Part shown: positions 1 through 8,295 of the stretch, piece by piece | How the letters are laid out: the number at the start of each line of letters is the position of its first letter | How positions within the stretch are numbered: position 1 is the stretch's first letter | Source: an uncultured Acidimicrobiales bacterium | Lineage (GTDB): Bacteria > Actinomycetota > Acidimicrobiia > Acidimicrobiales > SHLQ01 | Assembly: GCA_937934655.1 (NCBI GenBank) | Contig: CALGZB010000056.1 | Coordinates: 2,147-66,146 of the forward strand | Direction of reading: 5' to 3' | DNA: 64,000 nucleotides | Position numbers and translations under genes: made by a program | The notes under the pieces: generated by a model | Databases searched by the model: none | What the model saw: only the letters and a program-made list of their open reading frames with translations | What the model was told of the DNA's origin: nothing

Positions 1-911
1 GTCGAACTGCTCGTGCTGGTTGTCGTCGGGTTTGGGTTTTGGTTGGGCCATGCCGCCCAGGGTTGGTTGGCAAGATGGCCTTGAACGACCGAGATGTAGT
101 GGCCGCTGCCGGTGTACCAGTCGCCCGAGAACCATCGGCCGATGCAACCCCACAGGTCGCCGGCGGTGTAGTCAGGGCCCAGCCAGGTTTCCTTGCCTTC
201 AAAACAGAGTCGGCGAATCGCCAGTGTGTAGTCGACGTTGAATGCGGTGGAGATGTGGGCGTTGGGCCAGGTGCCAGGATGAGTGGCAGGAATATCTGCG
301 CCCTTTACCTGGAGGATTCCGACGCTTTCACACCCGTTGAATCCGAACTGTGTTTCGTGGTTGCGGCCGCAGTCGCCCTGAAAGGTCTGGCGCCATGTCG
401 ACTCGGTATACGCCTGGGCCCGGACATCGTTCTCGTCGAAGCCCCACTTGCAAGCGCCCCATCGGAGAATCTCGTCTGTCGTGCCGGTGAAGTTGCCGTC
501 AACCCGTGCTTCGATGCCGGCGTCGAACTCGCCGATATATGAGCCGGTGAGTTGGCTACCGGTGCGATTGTTTTCGACAGCGTTCCCAGGAATTGGCTCC
601 CAGTCGTTGTTGGCAGAGCGGACGAGTTCGGCGCAGGCATCCGCCTCCGGCAGGTTTGATCCGGGCGCGAGGGTTTGAAACTCGGTGGCGTTGCCCTGGA
701 GCAAGCGCGCCCCGAGCGAATAGCCGACATCATCGAACTGTTCGGCTATCGCTTCGCTGTCGCCGCTGGGTCCTGCGGTTCCAATCGACTGGCGACCCGC
801 CACGTCGGGGGTCGTGTTCGAGCAGGCGGCAACCAACAAGACAAAGATCCCAGCAAAGGCTAGGGACCGAAGGGCGGTGTTGGGGCGCTTCGGGGAAGAA
901 GAGCGTTCCAT
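1..911 (-). CDS. Lipoprotein with lytic transglycosylase (SLT/GH23-like) domain; 3' end runs off the window
   Basis: Absent from the ORF track because it has no stop in the window. My minus-strand translation from the ATG at 909-911 gives MERSSSPKRPNTALRSLAFAGIFVLLVAACSNT (lipobox VAAC), then RAQAYTESTWRQ, GILQVKG and DLWGCIGRWFSGDWY, which resembles an SLT core. GC3 is high. The + strand ORFs 39..542 and 593..1168 look like antisense artefacts. Confidence 0.6.
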   Translation of the reverse strand, partial: MERSSSPKRPNTALRSLAFAGIFVLLVAACSNTTPDVAGRQSIGTAGPSGDSEAIAEQFDDVGYSLGARLLQGNATEFQTLAPGSNLPEADACAELVRSANNDWEPIPGNAVENNRTGSQLTGSYIGEFDAGIEARVDGNFTGTTDEILRWGACKWGFDENDVRAQAYTESTWRQTFQGDCGRNHETQFGFNGCESVGILQVKGADIPATHPGTWPNAHISTAFNVDYTLAIRRLCFEGKETWLGPDYTAGDLWGCIGRWFSGDWYTGSGHYISVVQGHLANQPWAAWPNQNPNPTTTSTSSS

Positions 912-1215
912 CCGAATCCGTCGGCATCACGGAGAGTGCAATGAGTCCGGCCGGTGGCCGACTGCGGATAACTGTTCGTGAGGTGGAGTTGGTCGTGAGC
1001 GGACCGGATATCACAAGAGTTATCGAGCGATTCGCGTGCTCACGTCAAGGCAAACAGAAACGATCGCTTCCGGGGAAGGTTGCAAGGGCAACGATGCAGA
1101 TGGCTTGGTCGAATGCCGACCCATCGGATCTCAAAGGCGACCCTCAAACGGAGGTTCTCGTGCCCTAGTTGGGAGAAATGGGCCAAATTACCTAGATGGA
1201 TTCAGCCGGCCTGCG

Positions 1216-2421
1216 CTAGTCGAAGGGGAGATCGAGCAGCTTGATGGCGTTGCCGCGAGCGAGCTTGTAGACCACATCGTCATCGAGGTGGCCAAAAAGA
1301 CTCATGGCGGTTTCACGCGAATGCGGGAAGGTTCCGTCGGAGTGCGGATAGTCGGTTTCGAAGAGCACGTTGTCGACGCCAACCTCATCGAGCAGTTTCA
1401 TGCCAGCGGTATCTTTGAAGAAACAGCTGTAGATCTGGCGGTGGTAATAGAACGACGGCTTCTCAGGAAGACGGTCTTCGCCTTGCGCCCACATATGCGT
1501 GGTGTAGTTGTCGTCGGCACGCTCGAGGTAATAGGGGATCCAGCCGATCTGACTCTCGGCGTACATGAGCTTCAGGTTGGGGAACCGGACAAGTACCCCC
1601 GAGAACAGAAAGTCGATCATCGATGCGGCGCTGTTGGCCGAGATCATCGCTGCGGTGACGATGGTCGGGCAGTCATCTGATGGCTTGACCGTCTTTGTGC
1701 CCGAACCAATATGCATGCAGACCACGGTGCCCGTTTCCTCGCATGCTTGGAAGAAGACATCCCAATAACCGGTGTGAATCGAGGGCAAACCTAGCCAGGC
1801 TGGCAGTTCGGAAAAGGCGACGGCCTTTACGCCCCGTGCCGCGTTGCGGCGAATCTCGGCAGCGGCGAGTTCAGCATCCCAGAGGGGGACGAGGCAAAGC
1901 GGAATAAGTCGGCCACCAGAGTCGCCGCACCATTCCTCGACCATCCAATCGTTGAACGCCTCAACACAGAGCTTTGAGAGCTCCATGTCTTTCCGTTCGG
2001 CAAAGAGCTGGCCACAAAAGCGTGGGTAGTTGGGGAAGCACAGTGATGCCTCCACATGGTTGGCATCCATGTCGGCAAGCCGGGCCTTGGGTTCGTAGCA
2101 ACCCGGGCGGATGTCTTCGTAGGTGACGCCCTGCATGGTGACCTCTGCGGGAGGGCGGCCAGCGCACGCGATCATTTCTTTGATCTGGTAGCGGTGGTCC
2201 TCGTAGTGCCACCAGGCTGACATTTCGTCGCCGGTGCCGGGGGTCTCGACCCATGCGCCATCGACGAGCTTCATCTCGCCTTTGGGGGCGTAGACAATTC
2301 GGGGGCCTTCGTCGACATACTTCGCCGGAAGGCGATCGGTCCAGACGTGGGCAGGTTCTACGACGTGGTCGTCGACGCTGATGATCTTTGGAAAGTCATC
2401 GCTGGTGTCGGTCTCGCTCAT
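1216..2421 (-). CDS. Amidohydrolase-2 family metal-dependent hydrolase (ACMSD-like TIM barrel)
   Basis: 401-aa ORF with ISVDDHVVEP near the N-terminus and LFETDYPHSDG near the C-terminus, both typical metal-ligand motifs of amidohydrolase_2 enzymes. Confidence 0.8.
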   Translation of the reverse strand: MSETDTSDDFPKIISVDDHVVEPAHVWTDRLPAKYVDEGPRIVYAPKGEMKLVDGAWVETPGTGDEMSAWWHYEDHRYQIKEMIACAGRPPAEVTMQGVTYEDIRPGCYEPKARLADMDANHVEASLCFPNYPRFCGQLFAERKDMELSKLCVEAFNDWMVEEWCGDSGGRLIPLCLVPLWDAELAAAEIRRNAARGVKAVAFSELPAWLGLPSIHTGYWDVFFQACEETGTVVCMHIGSGTKTVKPSDDCPTIVTAAMISANSAASMIDFLFSGVLVRFPNLKLMYAESQIGWIPYYLERADDNYTTHMWAQGEDRLPEKPSFYYHRQIYSCFFKDTAGMKLLDEVGVDNVLFETDYPHSDGTFPHSRETAMSLFGHLDDDVVYKLARGNAIKLLDLPFD

Positions 2422-2471
2422 TCGTCCACCATATCTGACGGGTCGTCAGATTCGAAGTGTGAGTGGCGGAT

Positions 2472-2846
2472 TCAGCCTGCAGCAGAGTCGGCATCGTCGA
2501 CGTCGTCGGGCTCGACGTCCGGTTTGGCCGCCAAAATGTCGTCGACGGTCAGGCGCTCGCCGCTTTCGGCATTCTTGAAGTCCCCCATCATCCGTTCTTG
2601 GCGGGGGATAGGTTCGCCGGCTCGAATCCGGTCGCGCTCGCTGATATGCAGGCTTGGCGGTAGCCGGCGGTCGAAGGATTCTTTGTAGGCGGTCTGGCCT
2701 TCCTCGACGTGGTCCCACAGTCGTGTGGTGCCAAAGCCCAGACGGCCGCTTAGGTCGCGGGCTGCAGTGGAGAATTCCTTTGGGGCGTGTTTGCTCCCGG
2801 CTTTGCGGGCTTTCCACTCTTCCCTGAACTCGCTCCAACGACTCAT
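2472..2846 (-). CDS. Hypothetical acidic-tailed protein (124 aa)
   Basis: Internal ATG of ORF 2472..3026, giving MSRWSEFREEWKARK. The longer ORF would overlap the upstream gene and its extension is Arg/Ser-rich junk. No recognisable domain. Confidence 0.45.
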   Translation of the reverse strand: MSRWSEFREEWKARKAGSKHAPKEFSTAARDLSGRLGFGTTRLWDHVEEGQTAYKESFDRRLPPSLHISERDRIRAGEPIPRQERMMGDFKNAESGERLTVDDILAAKPDVEPDDVDDADSAAG

Positions 2847-2892
2847 ATGAAATTTTATGGTACTCGACCAGCTGCGTTTCGGTCCGTGCGAT

Positions 2893-3732
2893 CTAGCAGC
2901 CTCCGCCCGATGGGCGGTCGGGGATGCTTGGGTCGATGACCTCGATGTGCACATGAGGCCACGGTGGGGTGGCGGAGAATTCGTCAACCTGCGACTCGAA
3001 CGGCAGCACGCGGGCTTCGGGGGCAAGCGGTGTAACGCCTGCCTTGACTCGATCTCCTGGCGACACTTGAACGTCGACGATGTGGAAGATCTTTACTTCC
3101 CAACCGGGGTGGTCATCGGGTTCGATGACGGCAAAGTCATCGGTGTGATCGCAGTAGAGGGTGTAGGTGCCAGCCCGGAGCACGGTGCCGGTCACCGGGA
3201 CGTGAATGGGGGTCCCGGGAGCAACGGCGATGTCGGCGGCGGTTCGAGCTCCGGTTCCGCGTTCGCGGGATTCCATCGTGATGTCGGGAACGGCCGATTC
3301 GGTGACGGGTGTTTGCTCGATTGGTTGAGAGCCGTCATGGCTTGATTCGTGGTAGCCGATGACGGCGACGTTGTCGGCGGGATAGCGCAGCGTGACATCG
3401 CCAGCAATGCCGAAGATGTCGAAACCGGTGTCGGTCGGGCGGCCAAGCAGGGTGGTAGTGGTAGTCGTCGTGGTCGTCGTGGTCGTCGTGGTCGTCGTGG
3501 TCGTCGTGGTCGTGGTGGGGGCGGCAGTGGTTGTGGGACTCGTGGGGATCGAAGTCGGACTGAGCGGACTGTTGTTCTCCTCAACGGCGATTTGCTCAGC
3601 GGAGGACCCACCGGTTGTGTCGTCCGGCATGGAGCACGCAGCACCAACGATCGTCGTTACTGAAAATGCGGCGATCAAAGCCAGCGCTCGAAGGCGCTCC
3701 TGAGGGTTGGGCATGGGTTCTTCAATCGGCAC
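2893..3732 (-). CDS. Lipoprotein with poly-Thr linker and M23/LytM-like peptidase domain
   Basis: Signal peptide plus lipobox (IVGAAC), a 22xThr run, then APGTPIHVPVTGTVLRAG ... FHIVDVQVSPGDRVKAG ... PHVHIEV. This matches the M23 pattern (G-t-p-V, Y-H-l-x-V-x-G-d-x-V, HxH). Confidence 0.6.
   Translation of the reverse strand: MPIEEPMPNPQERLRALALIAAFSVTTIVGAACSMPDDTTGGSSAEQIAVEENNSPLSPTSIPTSPTTTAAPTTTTTTTTTTTTTTTTTTTTTTLLGRPTDTGFDIFGIAGDVTLRYPADNVAVIGYHESSHDGSQPIEQTPVTESAVPDITMESRERGTGARTAADIAVAPGTPIHVPVTGTVLRAGTYTLYCDHTDDFAVIEPDDHPGWEVKIFHIVDVQVSPGDRVKAGVTPLAPEARVLPFESQVDEFSATPPWPHVHIEVIDPSIPDRPSGGGC
3451..3516 (-). repeat. Coding tandem repeat, approx (ACGACGACC)n, encoding 22 consecutive Thr
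   Basis: The + strand reads ggtcgtcgt repeated. Position derived from residues 73-94 of ORF 2893..3732. Confidence 0.9.
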
Positions 3733-3811
3733 GAGTGGACGGGAACTGCGTGCTCAAAATGTAGCAATCTGCAACCAGCGGGAGTCAGCATGGCGCTACG
3801 GTGCGGTTGGC

Positions 3812-4585
3812 ATGGGGGCGAGACGATCGAACGTAGACGCACTGCAGTCGGATCTGCGGCGCGATTTCGCTGACGTCGATATGCGGGCGATTGCGGTCAT
3901 CGCCACCGTCATCGGGGTGCTTATGGCGAACCGGTACCTTGGCTCGCTTCACGACACGCGTTGGGTGTCGAGCGTGCTCGACGCCGTTGGGCTCGATCGG
4001 CAGGCTGCTTGGTGGCGGTCGATCACTGACGGTTTCCGCCACCAAGACTTCAACCGGAAGGTGTATTTCGCGGTCTTTCGGATTGTCGTCTATCTCGTTC
4101 CCGCTCTGATCGTTGGGCGGAAGGTCCTCGGGATGTCGATGGCTGACCTTGGTTGGCGGATCACACGTCGTCACGCCGGGATCTACGCCGGTCTCTTTGC
4201 GGCCATGTTGCCGCTTGTCGTTCTTGCCTCCCGACTCGATTCGTTTCAGGCGACGTACCCGTTCTACTCGCCCAACTTTTGGGAATCGGTTTGGCCATGG
4301 TTCGTCGTGTGGGAGCTGCTCTACTTTTTGCACTTCATCGCACTCGAGTTGTTCTTCCGGGGATTCGCAATTCATGGTCTTGCGTCGACGTTCGGAACCA
4401 TGGCGGTCTTCATAAGCGTCATCCCCTACGTCATGATTCATTTCTCAAAACCGTTCCCCGAAGCGGTGGGTTCCATCGTTGCAGGGGTTGTTTTGGGATT
4501 TTTGTCACTTCGATCTGGGTCGGCATTCTGGGGTGGCGTCCTTCACTTTGGGGTTGCACTTTCAATGGATTTACTTACCTACTAA
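3812..4585 (+). CDS. CPBP family intramembrane glutamic endopeptidase (CAAX protease-like)
   Basis: Multi-TM protein with ALELFFRGF (EExxxR-type motif) and a later HF/H motif (VLHFGVAL). The track start at 3707 would overlap the divergent gene start at 3732, so I prefer the internal ATG at 3812. The start is uncertain. Confidence 0.65.
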   Translation: MGARRSNVDALQSDLRRDFADVDMRAIAVIATVIGVLMANRYLGSLHDTRWVSSVLDAVGLDRQAAWWRSITDGFRHQDFNRKVYFAVFRIVVYLVPALIVGRKVLGMSMADLGWRITRRHAGIYAGLFAAMLPLVVLASRLDSFQATYPFYSPNFWESVWPWFVVWELLYFLHFIALELFFRGFAIHGLASTFGTMAVFISVIPYVMIHFSKPFPEAVGSIVAGVVLGFLSLRSGSAFWGGVLHFGVALSMDLLTY

Positions 4586-4764
4586 TGCCCCTCAAGTGCT
4601 CACGTCGGCGGTGCTGTTCGGTCGCTTCGAGTAGCCGAATGGGATTCTTCGTAACGGGTTCGTCATAAAGGAATCAGTCCGGTTACGGTTTGAGACTTCG
4701 ACGGCGCTCGCGCTGCTGATTCCGCCAGATATCCGTTCCCGTTTGCTTACCCCGAGGCAATGCA

Positions 4765-6234
4765 GTGAACCCCACTCCCCACAGCCCTTCGCTCGACGTC
4801 CGTGTACGCGTACTCGTTAGTGCGCTTGCTCTCGCACTCGTTGCTTCTGTTTTGTCGCTCGCAGCGACAGCAGGTAGCGCGACAGCAGCACCTGCAGAGA
4901 CTGATGCCGTCGCCGAACTCGTCGTCGCTGACTCCACAGGAGCGCTCCCGGTGTACGACACCGCGTGGGAGCTTCCGATGTTGGCGACGTTCGCAGAGAT
5001 CGAGACATACCTCAACCATCTTGAGGCGTCCGGGTTCGCTGGAACCTGGGTCTCGTTCTTCGATCTCCTCCAGGCCAACATCAATCAACGGAGCCCCGAG
5101 GGAGACCTCGCTGCGACCATCGATGGAAGTGGCTTCTTCGTCCTGAACGAGAAGTACCTCGACCGGGTTGAGCGGATTCTCGACATGGCCTACGACCGCG
5201 ATCTGAGCGTAAGTATCGTTCCCGTCTGGGCGGCCGTATTTGTGAACGGTCGTGGAAACCAGTGCAACGCGCCGAACAGCGGTCCGTTGTTCGAGTGGAA
5301 CGCGTACGGACTTGGCCGTCAGCTTGCCGAGCGTTTCGGCAACCATCCAGGTGTCGGGCATTGGATCATGGGCGGCGATAACTACTGCGGCTACGAGAAC
5401 GTAGAGATCTGGCGGCAACTCTCGTATGGGCTCGCCGACTACGGGGCGCATCAGCCAACGACGTATCACTCGCCAGCTATTCAAGATCGCCACGATGACA
5501 ACATTTGGGAGTCGTGGCTCGATTTCGCCGCACCTCAGACCGGTCACTGTCAGAACAACCACGACACGAAAGCCCAGCTTCAGAAAGTGCTCGGGGCCAC
5601 CACCAAGCCCGTGCTTGCCGCCGAGCTTCGGTACGAGGGAATTCAGCCGGCATGGAATTGCCCAGTTCATGGTCCAGGTCGTCCGGTTACCGCCAGCGAT
5701 GTTGAAGCCGACGTGCGCTCCGTGATGGATACCGGCGTGTCTGGAATTCTCTTTGGTCATAATGAGCGTTGGCAGTGGGGGCTCGGTCTGCACGGATCTT
5801 CGGGCGGAGGCGGCCAGGCGGCTCTTTCATCGCTCGGCTCGCCAGGCGAGCAGCGGATGCTTTCAGCCTTGGGTATCACGGGCAAGTACCGGACATGTGA
5901 TGCAGCACTCAAACAAGCAACCAAGAAGGCGGCCCGCGAGGCTCGGGCCGCGCGACAGAACTCGGAAGCAAAGTGGGAGGCCATGAAGGCCGCCAACAAG
6001 AAGGCCGATCGGTTGGTCGCCGCTGCAGAGAAAGCAGTGAAGGCCGTCGGCAAGGCGAAGAACGCGGACAAAGAAGCTGCTCGCAAGAAGGCCGATCGCA
6101 AGACCGCTCTCGCCGAGAAAGCAGTCAAGGCTGCAGCCGAGGCCGAGCGGGTTGCCAAGCGGGCCGCCGCGAAGTCACAGAAGAAGGCCGCTGCAGCCCG
6201 AAAGGCGAAGGCGCAGAGCGACGCGGCCTGCTGA
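4765..6234 (+). CDS. Secreted GH140-like (DUF4038-type) glycoside hydrolase with Lys/Ala-rich C-terminal tail
   Basis: GTG start and a signal peptide (LALALVASVLSLAATAGSATA). YDTAWEL ... GFAGTWVSF ... WIMGGDNY resembles the DUF4038/apiosidase-like fold. The last 111 aa are K/A/E-rich helical repeats. Confidence 0.5.
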   Translation: MNPTPHSPSLDVRVRVLVSALALALVASVLSLAATAGSATAAPAETDAVAELVVADSTGALPVYDTAWELPMLATFAEIETYLNHLEASGFAGTWVSFFDLLQANINQRSPEGDLAATIDGSGFFVLNEKYLDRVERILDMAYDRDLSVSIVPVWAAVFVNGRGNQCNAPNSGPLFEWNAYGLGRQLAERFGNHPGVGHWIMGGDNYCGYENVEIWRQLSYGLADYGAHQPTTYHSPAIQDRHDDNIWESWLDFAAPQTGHCQNNHDTKAQLQKVLGATTKPVLAAELRYEGIQPAWNCPVHGPGRPVTASDVEADVRSVMDTGVSGILFGHNERWQWGLGLHGSSGGGGQAALSSLGSPGEQRMLSALGITGKYRTCDAALKQATKKAAREARAARQNSEAKWEAMKAANKKADRLVAAAEKAVKAVGKAKNADKEAARKKADRKTALAEKAVKAAAEAERVAKRAAAKSQKKAAAARKAKAQSDAAC

Positions 6235-6337
6235 GCGTGGCAGCGAGCAGTAGCGAGTAGAGCCCGGGCGCTTCCCCGGCTGGAATCCGCTCCATTTGGG
6301 GTGATAAACAAAAAGTCCCCCATCACACCCGGATTTC

Positions 6338-8290
6338 ATGCACCTTTTTCCACCCATCCTTCGCTGGGCTGCGGTCGTGCTCTGCGGTATGACCCTCTTC
6401 CTCGGGATGCATCCCGTCTCTGCCCAGCCAACCGATCCCAATCAAGCGGCATCGGCCTCCCAAACCCTTGCTGTGTCGCCGGACGGCCTCGTAAGCCAGT
6501 CTTCGGCGGGTCAACGCGCCGATAGTGCGGGTGCCAGCGGCGGGTCGATCTCGGCTGATGGGTCGCGTGTCGCCTTTGAGTCGGCGTCAGACACTCTTGA
6601 TCGCTCTGCCGACGGGAACGGTTTTACCGATGTCTTCGTTCGGGATCGTGGCGACGGCATCACCATCAACGCCAGTCACGCGTTGAATGGCGCAGATGCG
6701 AATGGATCCAGTTTTGATGCTCGTCTAAGCGGCAATGGTCGGTACGTGGCGTTCACCTCTGTGGCCAGCGATCTCATTCGCAGCGATACCAACGAAGCCG
6801 CCGATGGTTTTGTTCATGATCTCGAAACCGGAGTCACCCGACTCGCAAGCATCGACGCCCGCGGCCGGCAACTCGAGTCGCCGACCCGCATCGTCGACGT
6901 TAGCGACGACGGTCGCAAGGTTCTTTTGGCGATCGAGGCTGATGCACCCGATTTGGTTTCGTTTCGGGTCATCGACTGGGTCGCTGAAACCGTCATCTCG
7001 GTTGGTGATGGCGTCGGTTCTGTCGCTGGAAACCAGACTCCCTCGGCCAGTCTTTCGGGCGATGGTCAGATGGTCGCGTTCCTGACTCCCGAGCCGCTTT
7101 CTGACGATGATGAAGACAACGACGTTGATGTTTACCTCGCCGATCTCAGCGATTCTTCAGCGGACCAAGTGCGCATTCTTTCTGGGGACGCCGAGGTTGG
7201 GCCCGACGTCCTCCTTGCGTCGGACGGGACGGCGTTCTTTACCGAAAACACCGAGGATGCAGGCTGGGGCCTCATCCGGGTCGATGTCGACTCAGGGGTA
7301 ACGCAGCTCGTGAGTATCGATGAAGACGGAACCCCAATGACGGGGCTCGATAGCGATTTGGTATTCGGGAGCAACCGTTCCGCGACCAGTGTGGTGTGGT
7401 CCACTGACGTTCCAACCGGCGACGACCGCAACCAGACCTCCGATGTGTTTCAACGCGATCTCGACGCCAACGTGACGTATCGAGTGTCGGTGGAGCGTCA
7501 TGGTTTCGAACTTGTCGGGGCGAGTGTTCTCACCACCACGATGCGATCGATCTCGGACGATTCTCTGGTGGTGGCGTTCACCTCGATGTCGGCCGAGCTC
7601 GTTCCCGACGACGTCAACCAAGCCGCCGACGTTTTCGTCGCCACCCCTGCATCCACGTGCGACGACCAGTTCATTACGGTCTTCCTTGCCGCTGGCGAGA
7701 GGCCGACCGAACGTGATGACGTGATCCTCGGCAGTCGGCGTAGCGAGACCATTGACGCTGCGGGAGGAAACGACCTGGTCTGTGCCGGCGACGGCAACGA
7801 TCTCGTTCTTGGCGGCGACGGCAACGACCGAATCTTTGGCGAAGCCGGCAACGACATCATCGAAGGCGGCGAACAGAAAGATGTTCTCGACGGCGGCGTC
7901 GGCAACGACAAGCTCTACGGCGACGAGGACCGCGACACACTCATCGGTGGCGACGGTGCAGACCTTCTTGAGGGCGGGAGTGGACGCGACCGGTTACTCG
8001 GCGGTGCCGGTGCCGACCGTTTGTTGGGTGAAAAGGGAGCGGACCTCCTTGACGGCGGAAGTGGCGACGACGAACTGCTCGGTGGCGCATCGCGCGACAA
8101 GATCATCGGCCGCAAAGGTAACGATGTGCTCCGGGGCGGAGGAGGCAACGACATCCTCAAAGCCGGCTCGGGCTCTGACGATCTCGACGGCGGCGTCGGT
8201 ACCGACCGAATCGATGGTGGCCCGGGGTCCGATGCATGCCGGCTTGATGAAGATGGCCGAAGCGAGCGCAGAGTCAACTGCGAATCCTGA
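6338..8290 (+). CDS. Secreted PD40/TolB-like beta-propeller repeat protein with C-terminal RTX (GGxGxD) calcium-binding repeats
   Basis: Signal peptide. Repeated ISADGSRVAFES..D..G..DVFVRD-type PD40 units. About 17 consecutive nonapeptides (GGNDLVCAG, DGNDLVLGG, ...) at approx 7763-8233. Confidence 0.75.
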   Translation: MHLFPPILRWAAVVLCGMTLFLGMHPVSAQPTDPNQAASASQTLAVSPDGLVSQSSAGQRADSAGASGGSISADGSRVAFESASDTLDRSADGNGFTDVFVRDRGDGITINASHALNGADANGSSFDARLSGNGRYVAFTSVASDLIRSDTNEAADGFVHDLETGVTRLASIDARGRQLESPTRIVDVSDDGRKVLLAIEADAPDLVSFRVIDWVAETVISVGDGVGSVAGNQTPSASLSGDGQMVAFLTPEPLSDDDEDNDVDVYLADLSDSSADQVRILSGDAEVGPDVLLASDGTAFFTENTEDAGWGLIRVDVDSGVTQLVSIDEDGTPMTGLDSDLVFGSNRSATSVVWSTDVPTGDDRNQTSDVFQRDLDANVTYRVSVERHGFELVGASVLTTTMRSISDDSLVVAFTSMSAELVPDDVNQAADVFVATPASTCDDQFITVFLAAGERPTERDDVILGSRRSETIDAAGGNDLVCAGDGNDLVLGGDGNDRIFGEAGNDIIEGGEQKDVLDGGVGNDKLYGDEDRDTLIGGDGADLLEGGSGRDRLLGGAGADRLLGEKGADLLDGGSGDDELLGGASRDKIIGRKGNDVLRGGGGNDILKAGSGSDDLDGGVGTDRIDGGPGSDACRLDEDGRSERRVNCES

Positions 8291-8295
8291 GGAAG

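Noticed and set aside
905-945. The + strand sequence AUCCGAAUCCGUCGGCAUCACGGAGAGUGC resembles the conserved 3' part of the ydaO (c-di-AMP) riboswitch (CCCGAAUCCGUCAGCUAACCUCGUAAGCG). That riboswitch often precedes cell-wall hydrolase genes in actinobacteria, and the SLT lipoprotein gene has a 305-nt upstream gap (911-1216).
   Set aside because: The match is on the wrong strand, antisense to the SLT gene and overlapping its start codon. I could not find the other conserved ydaO elements (GGGGACCCA, GGGGUGAAUC) on either strand of 780-1216. A cmsearch with RF00379 would settle it.
39-1168. Track ORFs 39..542(+), 305..733(-), 593..1168(+) and 730..1014(-) in the first kb.
   Set aside because: Their translations are Arg/Ala/Pro-rich with no motifs. 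An unlisted minus-strand frame, open to the window edge, encodes a coherent lipoprotein with an SLT-like core and explains the region better.
2433-2451. A 7-bp inverted repeat (ATCTGAC-GGGTC-GTCAGAT) between the 124-aa ORF and the amidohydrolase start. It could be an operator or terminator.
   Set aside because: It is short, has no U-tract on the transcribed (minus) strand, and has no second copy elsewhere in the window. The evidence is insufficient to call a regulatory site.
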